From Podarcis filfolensis (Eukaryota): DNA of 64,000 bases. Below the pieces are notes generated by a model that did not search any database, was not told the DNA's origin, and worked only from the letters and a program-made list of their open reading frames with translations. Position numbers and translations under genes: made by a program. Where the stretch lies: assembly GCA_964270895.1 (NCBI GenBank), contig OZ185442.1; one strand, written 5' to 3'. Numbering within the stretch: position 1 is the stretch's first letter; every line of letters begins with the position of its first letter. This document shows positions 1-10,882 of this stretch, in pieces.

Positions 1-2684
1 AATACAAATATACAGTACAAATTGATTTATTTAAAACAGGTACAAAAAAAGCACAACAAAATAGATTATCCTCCTTAGATTGGTAATGCTTCATTAAAGA
101 TCAGGTAGGAGAAAAGGGGCTGGGCACTCGGCTAGTCCTAAGGCTTTAGAGATACGATGCAGTGGGTTTCGGAGTGAAGATGACTGGTGTTGGTTGCAGG
201 GCTGCTACACACTTGCCCCTTGCCAGCTGCATACAGGAAGGTGACCCACCCCAACTAAGGTGCTATGCAAGGGATTGAAGGGTGGCAGGCTGACTCTGTT
301 TGCTGTCTTCCTCAGTGCATCTTGAGATATAGCAAAGGAACTTTCTCTGCAACAAGCCACTGGGTCAGGCCATCGCTCAGTGTTTCTGGGCAGAGGTGGG
401 ACTTAATATAAGCGGATGTTTGCTCTTGCAGGCCAGGGCTACAGAAACAGCTGGCAAGAAGGGACGGGAAACCTTTTAGCTGGAAAGGGTATCTGGTTGG
501 TGCCCTTCTGAAAAGCAGGACCCCAGTTCATCACCCCCTAGTTTGGCACCCCACACTGAAACGTGTCTCTTTTAGCAGCCCCCATCCTACCCCATGGAAT
601 GGCCAAATGGACACAGCTGTGCAGCTGCCAGTCCCACAGTATTGCATATTAGGAGCCCTTCCCAAATATTTACTAGGGCTTGGAAAGGGGTCGTGCTGTA
701 GTGTCACAAGAGAGAAATAGCTTATTGCTCTAGGAAGCTGGTTCTCCCAACCCTCCAGCGGCCCCAGATGGAGTAGTGCCCAAAGACACTTCCATATTTT
801 GCAGCTCTATTCCTAACTCGGTCCTGGGCCCTAAAGGCTGTGCAGCAAGCTATCCTGAAACAGCACTGGACCAGGGTGGCAGTAGTGTTGGGCAGTCCAG
901 ATGAACTGAGGGGAACTGACCCTCAATAGCCATGGAGGGCCAGAGTTGGTGCCAATGAAAGAGGTGGCCAATCAGGCTCTTCAGCTGTGATGCTGTGCAA
1001 GTGATCCATCTCCCATGAAGCCCTGGGAGTAGAAGGGCACTCTGCCCTAATGCCATGAAGCAGACACCTCCTCCCTGGTGGCAGGGGAGCTGAAGGACAA
1101 AGGAGAAACCTAGGCCAGCATTTACATGGAAATGAGTGTTGGTCTAGTAAGCACACAATCCAGGGGAGCCCAAGAGCAAGGAAGGAAGGCAGAGGGTGGT
1201 TTGCGGGGAAACCTGGCTCGGAATAGTGCAAAGTGCCGGGCCTTCCAGAGGAGAACAGCAAAGTCTTCCACCTTTCATATAGAGAGGGCTTGGAGTGGAT
1301 GAGGTGTCTGGTCAGACAAGAAAGCAGTTCCCGTTGTGAGCCAGGAATGCCTGTAGGCAATGGCCTAAAAGCAACAACTGTAGACAAAACATCCAAGGGA
1401 AACAAGCCAAGGCTGCCCATTTGGAGCAGTGGGAGGAGCTTCCTGGCTGCTATTCTGGAGTGGGACTTGGATGGCACTGATGCAGAGTCACGGCTATGAT
1501 TCAGAGCCCTAGAGCTCACCCCTGCCGAGTTGAGGGCACCGGTGCAGGAGAGGGTACTCAGCCAGCGTCTTGAACCCAAGCAGTTCTACAGCTTTCTCGG
1601 CTCAAAAACTGTTAACTACTTGCACATTTTATCTTCTTTCATTCTGTTTGAGTCACCAGTGCACACAGAAGAGCAATTTTCATCTTTATCAGAAGAACCT
1701 GAATACATTTTTCTAATATCCAAAGAAATCTTACACATGTAGTGGGGGCCATTCAAGCTGGTTACAGTGGCCAGAATGCCCCCTCTCCAAATTCTCAATA
1801 GGAAATGCTTTAATCACCCCAAGGAAAAGCAGGAGTGTCTGTATGTGCACTAGCATGCTCTTATATACAAACTGCCTTGCACTTTTCAAAGGAGCTGGCT
1901 GTAACTTGAGGCATCCACCACTGTGACAAGCCTTAGTCAGCCCAGGCCATTCAGACCTGGCTTAGCTGTGAACATCTAAGGCATCTGCAACAGAAGTGGA
2001 TGCAGCCTTTCTAGAAGATGGAGGTGGGGACTTAAGAGCAGGATGGAGATAGCTGAAGAAGCCAGAGCTAGAACATCCTCTCACACGTACACCTACACCA
2101 TTCCCACCTATGGGATTCGAGTTCTACCTGGCTGCAGAGCTGTGAGGCAACACATTGCCAGGTTTGCAATTTAACAGACCATTAACCATTTCCTTTCAAT
2201 CTAACACATGTGAGGAAATTGCATACAAATACTACCTCCCTGAGGAGAAATCCAGGCTCCCTTGACTCGGCGCCTGGAGAGGGGCTGCTGGGAGGCCCAG
2301 ACAAAAATCCTTAACTTGGGACCCAAGCAGAAGAAACCTGGCAAACTCCCTCACTGCTCCCTTGCCCTGGTAAAAGCACCCTCCTGCTATGTGTGAACAA
2401 GTGTCCAATAAAGTGCTTGAGTGAGGTGGTGGGGGATGTTGAGCCCTTGCTCCTCTCCTCACAGAAGCAGCGCAGTCACTGCTTCCTTCAGAGTCTCCCC
2501 TTGGCTGACCCCAATCTACCCTACCCAGGCTCAGACCTCCCCTACAGGGGGTGGAGAGAAGGAGCCTCTGTCAGTGGAATGATTCTAGGCACACAACTGG
2601 GGAAAGGGCCGAGCATCTCAGCAGTGGCCTAACTGGAAGGAACCCAGTTAAGCGTGGCACACAAGTTCGCCCACCACTGGGGCT
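1..2684 (-). other. ATXN1L: ATXN1L 3' UTR with polyA signal AATAAA at 26-31 (minus)
   Basis: Non-coding sequence after the stop. TTTATT at 26-31 on + is followed by a U-rich tail at the window start. Confidence 0.65.
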
Positions 2685-4670
2685 TCACTTCCCTGCATTT
2701 GAACGGCCCTCAATGGACAACTTGACCTCCTGGGGAATGAATGAAGGGCGGAGGAGTGGTGGCCGGGGCTCCTCCCCAGACCTTTGGAAGCTGGGGCCTG
2801 CCCAACCATGCAGAGAAACAGGATCATGGTGGGTGGATTCCTGGGGGGAGCCCACTGCCACCCCACCCTTCTCCAATGGGTTTTTCTGCAGCTCCTGGAG
2901 ACTCTCCCCACCCCGCCCAGGTCTCTCTCGGGTAGCACTCTGGGGGCTTGCCTGGGGCACAAGCCTCCCATTCAGACTCTGTAAACTGATGGAGATGCAA
3001 ACATCTCCCACCTGCAGCCTGTGGCAGGAGAGTGAGAAGAGCCGATTCGTTCTCTCTGGACTGCATGAGGACCAGCCCTGTCCATACACAAAGAAAGGGT
3101 GCTCAGGGGGCACATCAATGCTCACTTTGCTCTGCTGCTCCCCCACCACAAAATGCAGTGTGACGAAACCCTGCCAGGGACTCTCTTGGATGTCCACCAC
3201 AGTGCTGGAGTCAATCTTGAGGCCACCACTCACCTCTGCACTGCGCACAAAGTCCTGGGTCTGCAGGTCCTCCACCCTCTTTAGCTCTCCTGTGGCCAGC
3301 TGGATGATGGCTCCTTTCATGAAGTGGGAGGGTAAGTGGCTCTGGGAATGGGCACATTCCGTGTCAGGTAGTCCCTCATGGGCTGTTCCCTCAGGACTTG
3401 CACCTCCCAGGCCATCCTGAGCCCCAGGATGGAGGGACCCTGAGACTGGCCGACCATTGGCCATTGTAATGCCTTTCAGTATTTGCCGATGGCGGAGCTG
3501 CTCCTCAGGGGACTTTGCCGACAGTCTCCGAAAGTGGCTTTTCTCAGAAGTAGCAGCCACCACAAGTTCCACTGGGTTCCTCATTGACTCTGCCTTCTGC
3601 TCAGGGGGATTACGATGGGAAAGGTTTAGAGGGCTCAAACCATCCTTCTGCTGAGCAGAACAAACAGGGTAGTCCTGGGAAGCAAGCACTCCAACCACCC
3701 TCTGCACCTCCAGGTCTGTATCTGGGGTGCTGCGCTGAGACGGCACAGAGATCTCTGTTCTCAAAATCTGACTGCTTGTCAAGAAGGTACCTTCAGTGCT
3801 GCACTCTACCGTTGTCCTTGGCCACTGCCCTTCAGCCTCACTTTCCTTCGCCCCTACGGCAGACCTTTGCACCCCATTTGCTGTGACTTTAGGATCTAGC
3901 TGATTCTCCTGCAGAGACTGCTCAGTGTTTGGGCCAGCAACAGAAGCTTCAAATGATGAATAGCCTGCTGGCAGACGGGACATCTGATAATAGACTGGAA
4001 TTCGGCCCTGTGTAACATCCAGTGGCTGACCTCCAACATGGGGCTGCAGAGAGCCTGAAGGCAAAACTGAGGCACTGGTCTTGCCAAAGCTGTGGGCTGC
4101 CTGTGGAGAAGGAGCAGAGTCTTCAGCCAGGAGAGGTGCATAGGGCACAAAGTGTGGGATATGAGAGGCAGCAAGGCTGGCTGAAGAGGACAGAAGGTGG
4201 CTGGGCAGGAAGCCAGGAGGCACAGCGGCGGCATAGGGTACAGAGTAGTGTGATCCCACAAACTGCAAGGGAGCAGGAGGAAGTTGAGTGTAATGGATAG
4301 GCGAGTAGGGGATACCAGGGTGCGGGATCAGCTGCGAGGTCATACTGAAGGCTGGAGGCAGCGGGCTGACATTCACCACGGGTGAGAAGGTGGCCGGGGG
4401 CATCGCCACTTTGTACAATAAGCCGTACTGGTCCACGGTAAGACTGGTCACTGTGTCGGAGCTGCCACCAGCCTCCGTGTAACGTGAAGGTGCCTGGCTC
4501 TGCCTGCCTGTTGCTGAGCCCCGGGACCATTCCACAGAGGTCTCGCTGCCGCCACCGCCCACCAGACCCGACTCAGCCGCCCGCCCTGGCTCTTCGTTGT
4601 TGGCAGCCACCGGCAGGTCGCGCTTCTTGGGGGGGAGGAATTCCTGGCCCCGCTCCTGAGCCGCTCTCAT
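2685..4670 (-). CDS. ATXN1L: Ataxin-1-like protein, single coding exon, 661 aa
   Basis: The ORF-track frame 2685..4733 opens at a TTG. The first ATG (4670) gives MRAAQERGQEFLPPKKRDLP, matching the ATXN1/ATXN1L N-terminus. The AXH domain (HFMKGAIIQLATGELKRVEDLQTQDF...HPFFVYGQGWSSC) and the C-terminus FIPQEVKLSIEGRSNAGK are present. Confidence 0.97.
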   Translation of the reverse strand: MRAAQERGQEFLPPKKRDLPVAANNEEPGRAAESGLVGGGGSETSVEWSRGSATGRQSQAPSRYTEAGGSSDTVTSLTVDQYGLLYKVAMPPATFSPVVNVSPLPPAFSMTSQLIPHPGIPYSPIHYTQLPPAPLQFVGSHYSVPYAAAVPPGFLPSHLLSSSASLAASHIPHFVPYAPLLAEDSAPSPQAAHSFGKTSASVLPSGSLQPHVGGQPLDVTQGRIPVYYQMSRLPAGYSSFEASVAGPNTEQSLQENQLDPKVTANGVQRSAVGAKESEAEGQWPRTTVECSTEGTFLTSSQILRTEISVPSQRSTPDTDLEVQRVVGVLASQDYPVCSAQQKDGLSPLNLSHRNPPEQKAESMRNPVELVVAATSEKSHFRRLSAKSPEEQLRHRQILKGITMANGRPVSGSLHPGAQDGLGGASPEGTAHEGLPDTECAHSQSHLPSHFMKGAIIQLATGELKRVEDLQTQDFVRSAEVSGGLKIDSSTVVDIQESPWQGFVTLHFVVGEQQSKVSIDVPPEHPFFVYGQGWSSCSPERTNRLFSLSCHRLQVGDVCISISLQSLNGRLVPQASPQSATRERPGRGGESLQELQKNPLEKGGVAVGSPQESTHHDPVSLHGWAGPSFQRSGEEPRPPLLRPSFIPQEVKLSIEGRSNAGK

Positions 4671-4862
4671 GGCGCTCGCTTCGGGAAGCTGCAAGGTGGG
4701 CTGCTGCTGTCGCCTCCTCCTCCTCCTCCTCAAGGGGGTCTCCGGGCGGGATCACCTGCAAAGACACAGAGAAGAGCACAGGGGTCAGCCGGGTGGGGGG
4801 GGGCAGGCGGGCGGCTTCCGCCCGGCGGGGGGAAGGGAGCCCCGGACACTCCTGTCGCTTAC

Positions 4863-4990
4863 CCGCCGCCACCGCCGCCGCCTCCACGGCTGAGTGCCAT
4901 CCCTCTGCCCGCCGACTCCGCAGCCACCCCGGGCCTGACCCCGCCCTCTTTCTTCTCCGCCGCCGCCGCTGCCGCCGCCTTGCACGGCGC
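4863..4990 (-). other. ATXN1L: ATXN1L 5' non-coding exon, followed by a 107-nt intron at 4756-4862
   Basis: Minus-strand donor CGGG|GTAAGC (4862) and acceptor TCTTTGCAG|GTGATC (4756) lie in a CpG island. The upstream boundary is approximate. Confidence 0.7.
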
Positions 4991-5200
4991 GCCGGAACTG
5001 CCGAGGCTCATGACGTTAGGACGGCGCGCGCACAGCGCACAGCGATGACGTGATCGCCGCCTGCGGTTGCCATAACGACAGCCGAGGAAGCGGCGGCGGC
5101 ATCGCTATAGCGACAAACGCACCTGCCCTTCCCCTCTGCACGTGACGTCGCGCCCCGGCATCCCCGCGAGCTCTACTCCGTCGAGCCATAACTGGTCTAC
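4990..5200 (-). promoter_or_regulatory. ATXN1L CpG-island promoter with RFX X-box-like and CRE/E-box motifs
   Basis: GTTGCCATAACGAC 5066-5079, ATCGCTATAGCGAC 5101-5114, TGACGTGA 5046-5053, and a CACGTGACGT composite near 5140. Confidence 0.6.
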
Positions 5201-5954
5201 CTGTAGGGTTGTTGTAAGGACTGCTGAGGTCTGGCTTGAGAAATAATAAGCGATGCTTGTGCACTTGAAGCGGTCTCTCCACTGTGTGGTGTGCGTCTTT
5301 ATTAAGATGATGAAGCCGCCAGCCTCGTGCCTTTGCGGCAGGAAAACCGAAGCACCCCCACCGGGTTTGCTGGTATCAAACTGGGATTGGAAAGGAACGA
5401 GTAAGCTGGCGCTGCTTCTCGGCTGGCTATTCCAGGCCTTAAACCAGGAAGATGCGTAAATTATGGCCACAGTCAAATTCACGCTAAGCAAATCAAGGAA
5501 GGGGAAGCAGAGAGGAGAGACCTTTAATAGGAGCCTCACGCTATCCTGGCAAGGAACCGGTCTCTGTGTGGGTAGGCAGCCAGTAAGTGTTTCCAAAACC
5601 GCAAAGAGCCAGGCCGCTTCAGTCACAGACTCTGCACGGCACGAGTTCCTTTTACAAGGGCAACAATTCTCGAAGCACTTTCCAACCTTCAAGCATAAAA
5701 GTGGCCTTGGCCTTTTACTGGCCAGGACAGGAACAGCTTGCTGGTGCTATGTAGATGGGATGGGATAGAGCTGTCACTCGATGTTGAGTTGATTAATTAT
5801 TTTTCCTTTGTGTCTGTGAGAAAGAGAGGAATGCTCTCAGTGGGGCTTCTGTCGCCCATCGATTTGCAACTAAAAAAAAAAAAGCCGCTGTCTGGCGAGA
5901 TCCTAGGAAGAGCTCTGCTTGTCCGTTAGATCAAACTAAGTGGAGGAGGGAAGG

Positions 5955-6134
5955 GAAGGGCTGCATGTGCTTTTGCGTGCAGACTGGACCAGACTTAAAC
6001 TCCTGGCAGGCACTTTCAGGTAGGCCAGAGTGAGGAATCCTGCCTAAAACTGTGAAAAGCTGTTGACCGCTAGTGTAAGCAATACTGAGCTAGGTGGACC
6101 AAGAGACTGACTCAATTTAAGACCGCTTCCTACA
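5955..6134 (+). mobile_element. tRNA-derived SINE (about 190 bp, Squam2-like family), diverged
   Basis: Aligns by eye with the copies at 10692, 54051 and 58298 (CAGGTAGG..., ACTGAGCTAG.TGGACCA..., GCTTCCTA). Confidence 0.65.
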
Positions 6135-6599
6135 GTTTCCCCATCTGTTTCCCAGCGATTAGCCAGATGCCCTAATGGAAGGCAGAAGTAGTGCAAAAAG
6201 CCGCCGACGTTGACTATCGGAGATAACGATTGAAGTGACCAATATATATTCCGTGGCGAGGCTTTCTAGCCCCCAAACCTTAATACTAGCCGCGGAACTG
6301 TAGAGCCCTAAGAGAGGCCAGAGCTGAAATGGATGTATCGGCCACATTAGCGAAAACTGCTTCACGCAAATCAGAGGAGGTTGAGCCGGGAGGCTCTCCA
6401 CGTTCAAACAAGGCGCTTGCCAGCAAGCTTCTTCGTCTCTCTGCGGCCTCAGAAACGGGACACTTGGAGCTCCGTGCAAAGCCTGCAGTCCTGTGTATGT
6501 CCAAAGCACTGGGATATATTTCCGAGTAAACTTGCTTAAGATTGAGCTTGCTAGGAAAGCACGTGCTCTGTACGGATTTGGCCCCGCTACTGTCAGGCT

Positions 6600-7141
6600 A
6601 GCCCCCGGCAATTCGCAATTGGCGAAGACGCTTCAGTCGCCCTGACAGCTGGTTTTTTCCTCGAAGGACGGGCAGGCGCTTCGCTTCTTGGGCTGTGGGC
6701 AAGTTCCGTATCCAGAACGGAACTTTAAAGTTCGCTAAAACGACCCGGCCGGACGCATGTCGTGAACACAGCCGCAGCGGTGACTAGGCAGGCGTCTGAC
6801 GTCATCACTACCTGCCACGGCGCAGTCTCACCGCTAATCGTGTGACACCGCTACAGATACTTCCGCGGAGGAAACGAGTTCTGGGGCCAGTTACCGCGGT
6901 TCCAAGCGCCGAGCATTCTGTCTGGCCACGAAACGCGCCGGCCGGCGGCGACGGAGGACGCAGCAACGTTAATGAATGCAGCAGGCTATCGCCGCGCCGT
7001 GCTCTGAGAGAGGGCAGTCAGTGAGTCCCGGTCTCCAGATTCCTCCGCCTGCGGTATCGGTGCTGAGGCCGCGCCGCCGCCATTTTGGATGCCAGGCTCT
7101 AGCTACTGCCGCCGCCGCCTTCGCCGTAGGGATCCGGCCCG
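6600..7141 (+). promoter_or_regulatory. AP1G1: AP1G1 CpG-island promoter and non-coding exon 1 (donor after 7141)
   Basis: Full CRE TGACGTCA 6797-6804, YY1-type CCGCCATTTT near 7076-7086, and donor CCCG|GTGAGT at 7141/7142. Confidence 0.7.
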
Positions 7142-10100
7142 GTGAGTGCCGCGCGGGGAGAGAGGAGGGGCGCTGCCAGGCAGGGTAGGTATTGCTGCTG
7201 CTGCTTCTACTTCGGCAGTAGGATCCTAGGCCCGCCGCCGCTGCCCGGGGCAAGGCCCAGCCGCCGCCTCCCGCCCCGCCTCCCGGGACTGACTGAGCCT
7301 TGGCCGCCGAGGGCCCGGCCGCTTTCCAGTCGGTGGGTGGGTCGGCTGGCTAAGGGGAGAGGCGCCGGCTCCTAGAGCAAGAAGGGAGCGCGCTGCCGTG
7401 TTCCGCGAGGGTTGCTGCCGTCTGACTTGCCAGCTGGCTCGTGAGGCCTGGCGGGGCTGCTGCCCCTGCCGGAGCGGCCCTTCACCCTCCCGGGCAGGAG
7501 GTGGCTGTTTCTCCGTCCGCTTCCCTTCTCCGCGCCGCCGAGCAAAGGCCAGCCTAGGCGGTGCTCCTTAGCCCATGACTTCCCTCCCGCTATTCGAGGC
7601 GTTTTTCTCTTCGCCCGGCCAGTTCTGTCTCTGTTGTCGGCGGAAGTGCCTGTGGCCTCTTCTGTTATAGACGAGGAGAGTCTTCTCCGCGCGCCGCGCC
7701 GGAGTTCACCCCCGTACAGCTCGCCCGGGCTTCCGACGATCGGATCGGCTCCTATCCGAGGCCTGAAGAAAGAGACTCGCCTCGTCCCTTGACAGGCCTT
7801 GTGAGCAAGGGGCTTAGGAACACCTCGTCGGGGAGAGAGACTGAGAGTCACTCCCGATTACGGCAGGGTCGACACTAGGAAAAGGCTCAGGGCTGTTGGA
7901 TGTGGATTCCAACGCTTTGCAAAGAATGCCTGTTCAGTGAGCGCTGGGGAAAGGAAAGGCCAAGACCACGGGTGGGTGCGGGGAAGTGAGAGGGCAGTCC
8001 AGCCAGCTGGCTCACCTGTCAACTTGACCTGAAGAAGCCATTGCAGTTCCCTTTTTTTGCCCTCCTGTCGAGAGGGAAATATTTGTTTATTTAACCAAAG
8101 TTTTATTCCATTTCATTGTAAGAATTTCTAAGGGTCTTACAAATGAGATAAGCTGCTTTCCTGCTGAGGTTAATGATTGTGAAGGAGTTATCTAGCAGTA
8201 CTCTTGTAGATGAGTAACAGTTGGAAGAGGATTACTCAACATCCGCAGACCTTCTGAAACTTAACTTTATTTTAATATGGATATTCCTGCCCATATCCTT
8301 AGTTGCTTCAGCTTGATTGCCCAGTTTTCTGTCCCCTAGACTGGAACTCCTTGCAAGAAACCCTTTGTGACAATCTCTTTCTCTTCTCTTCAAACACTTC
8401 CTCAAAACACATTTTCACTTTGAAGCCTGTTGTTTAATGCCTTTGGTTTCACCTTCATTGTTGCAACATGGAGTATTTGCTCACATTTCTCCTTCATCTG
8501 CCATTTAAAATTTAGAAACTGTAAGCTCATATTGATGTGATTCTCTGCAAAGCATCATGTGGAATGATGGTGCTACCTTATAACTAATGATTAACAGAAC
8601 CTGTCTGACAGAGGGCCTCTCTTTTATAAAATGTCTAACTAGTGTATGCTGAAAATCCTCTGTGTCTCTTGAAAGAAATTGTGACAATTGGGCAGAATTG
8701 TTACATTGACTAAGTTTGGTGTAGTTCAGAGATATATCATGAGATGGAAGATTTGCTTTTAAATAGTATTGCAGATGGAGTATGCTTGTCTTTTGTCTGA
8801 ATACAGTGGTCTTTACCTTTGTTGAATTTCTGTTGGCTATGGGCAAGTGTCCAAAATTAGCCAGGTGCATTTTGCACCTGACTATTGACTACTCGCAACC
8901 ATGAGTTATATTTTATCTGCACAATCAGAATGAATTTCAGGAACCAAAATGCTTTTACTGTGCAGCCTGAGCAGGAGCAACGTTAGTTAATTATTGTAGT
9001 TTCACTTCACTTACCCCACCCCACTGACCTTGTCACAGTTGTGAAGAACATTCCTAAGTTATGAATGGTCAGTGTCACCATTAAGAAAAAGATGTAGGAA
9101 TAGGCCAATATGTATGTTGACTGTCCCTGCATCAAGTGACTTTTCTTCTTTAAGTTCTCAAAGTTCTTAACCTAGTTCAAGGTAGTCATCTGAACTAGCC
9201 AGGTGTTTCACTGATAATCAATCACAATTAGTCCATCATTTGAAAAATAAGACTTTAGAGCCATCTTACCCTGAAATGGCAACTAGATATTCCGTTTTGG
9301 TGACTAACCTTGGTTTAAGGAGCCCTTTGGCACCTAACTTACATATCATAGTTTCTAACACTGCTGTGAGCTTATTCTGGATGTTTTTGCATTGGTAGTA
9401 CACTTTCTTTCCAGCAGTATGGTTGCACTGTCACTGTTTTTGTTAACAATGTCTGGCTGTTAATTCAGGGTGTACCTGCATTGAGGTGGTGAATTGCGTT
9501 CTGTGTCTCTCCTCCCAAACATAGTTAATAAACTTTACTTTGTGTGTTGGCTTGTATGTTGACCATCTTATGGCAGAGTTGGATTTTAGGAGTAGTTGCA
9601 GGTATTTTTGAACCAAAGACCTGTTTTTTGTTTTTTCTTCAGCTTGGGCATCTTCTGAGAGTTTTTTTGGGACCTGCAATCAGAAACTGTTTGTAATCTG
9701 AACAATGCTGTCTTGAGACCTCTTGCTGCCTGAGGTAGATCTCAAATTTCTGTTCTGTAGGGCTAACCCTGTACCATTCAAACAGCAGTACAGCCTCCGT
9801 CTAGCTTTGGTCACCTCCATTATGCTGCCTGAAGTGTGCTGCTTCATCCTGCTATGTATCAGGGCCCACCCTAATTGTGAAAGTTCCGTTAAGAGTGTTG
9901 CTACTTTGAAAGAGTTCTTATATTTGGTTTATCTTGTGACTCATACCTTGGAGTACCTGAAGAGAGGTGGGGTCAACTTTAGTATAGCAAGATGAGCTTT
10001 AGGACAGCCTTGCATGTAACAACTCACCTGGTAGTCATAGGCAACAAGAAATTCCATCCTGGTGAGTGAATGCCACATTAGACAGATAGCTATCAGAGCA

Positions 10101-10691
10101 GTTCTTACTAAACATCTGTTTACCAGAGATTATTTTTAAAATGTTATAGACTTAATAAAGGCGCTTGTGGTATGTTGGCTACTCTGGAAGGTTGTGATTC
10201 ACTAAGAAGCTCTTCCAAAGCGTCTTAGTAGAAGTTAGATCATGAGTACTTCTGGATCCTAGAAGCAGCCTGAGAGCCTCCTTCTTAACTGGGAGCTTTG
10301 GATGGAAACTCAAGCTGGCTCATGAAACATGGAAGGAGCTGGCTCACTGTGGGTCGTGTGCTTGCTCTGATCCACCAGGATCCTCCTGTGTAATTATGGC
10401 AACAGCTTCCTTTCCTAAGGAATCCACACAGATTTGGCAGTAAGTGGGTTGGAAGGCACGAGATGGAACAAGACTCTCTAGCAAGCATGGGTCTACCCTG
10501 GTTAGCACTTGGGAAAAGGGAAATAATTCTGCTTCTCTGTCGCCAGAAGATCAGACCTGGAAGTCTGGTCAGTCTCCATTATCCTGCAACACCTGCAGTT
10601 TGTGCTGTGGTTTATTTTCCATAAACCACCTTGGATACTCTGTGGAGGGACATAAATCATCTAATAACATGCATGAAGGAATAATGGCATG

Positions 10692-10882
10692 GGGAAGGAA
10701 TTCGGCTCAGTAGTGGAGCACCAGCTTTGCAAGTAGAAGGTGCCAAGGTCAATCTCCAGGTAGGGCTGGGAGAGACCCCCTACCTGAAAGCCTGGAGAAC
10801 AACAGCTAGTCAGTGTGGACCGTTCTGAGCTTGATGGACCAGTGGTCTGACACAAACAGAAGGCAACTTACTATGTCCCTAT
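10692..10882 (+). mobile_element. tRNA-derived SINE (Squam2-like)
   Basis: tRNA-like head GGCTCAGTAGTGGAGCA, shared body, and tail AGGCAACTTACTATGTCCCT. Confidence 0.75.

Noticed and set aside
923-1579. 218-aa ORF in the ATXN1L 3' UTR
   Set aside because: It has low-information composition and no motifs or splice support, and is expected by chance in GC-rich UTR.
2551-3420. 289-aa plus-strand ORF
   Set aside because: It is the antisense shadow of the ATXN1L AXH coding region, with no recognisable protein features.
4671-4733. N-terminal extension MRRRRRRRQQQ of ATXN1L in the ORF track
   Set aside because: It starts at TTG and derives from GAG/CAG repeats in the 5' UTR. Homology begins at the ATG at 4670.
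4990-4990. ZNF821 apparently missing
   Set aside because: In human it lies beyond the ATXN1L 3' end, so it would fall left of this window rather than between ATXN1L and AP1G1.
5105-6611. ORFs of 195 and 150 aa between the two promoters
   Set aside because: No domain similarity or exon structure. One overlaps promoter sequence and the other adjoins a SINE.
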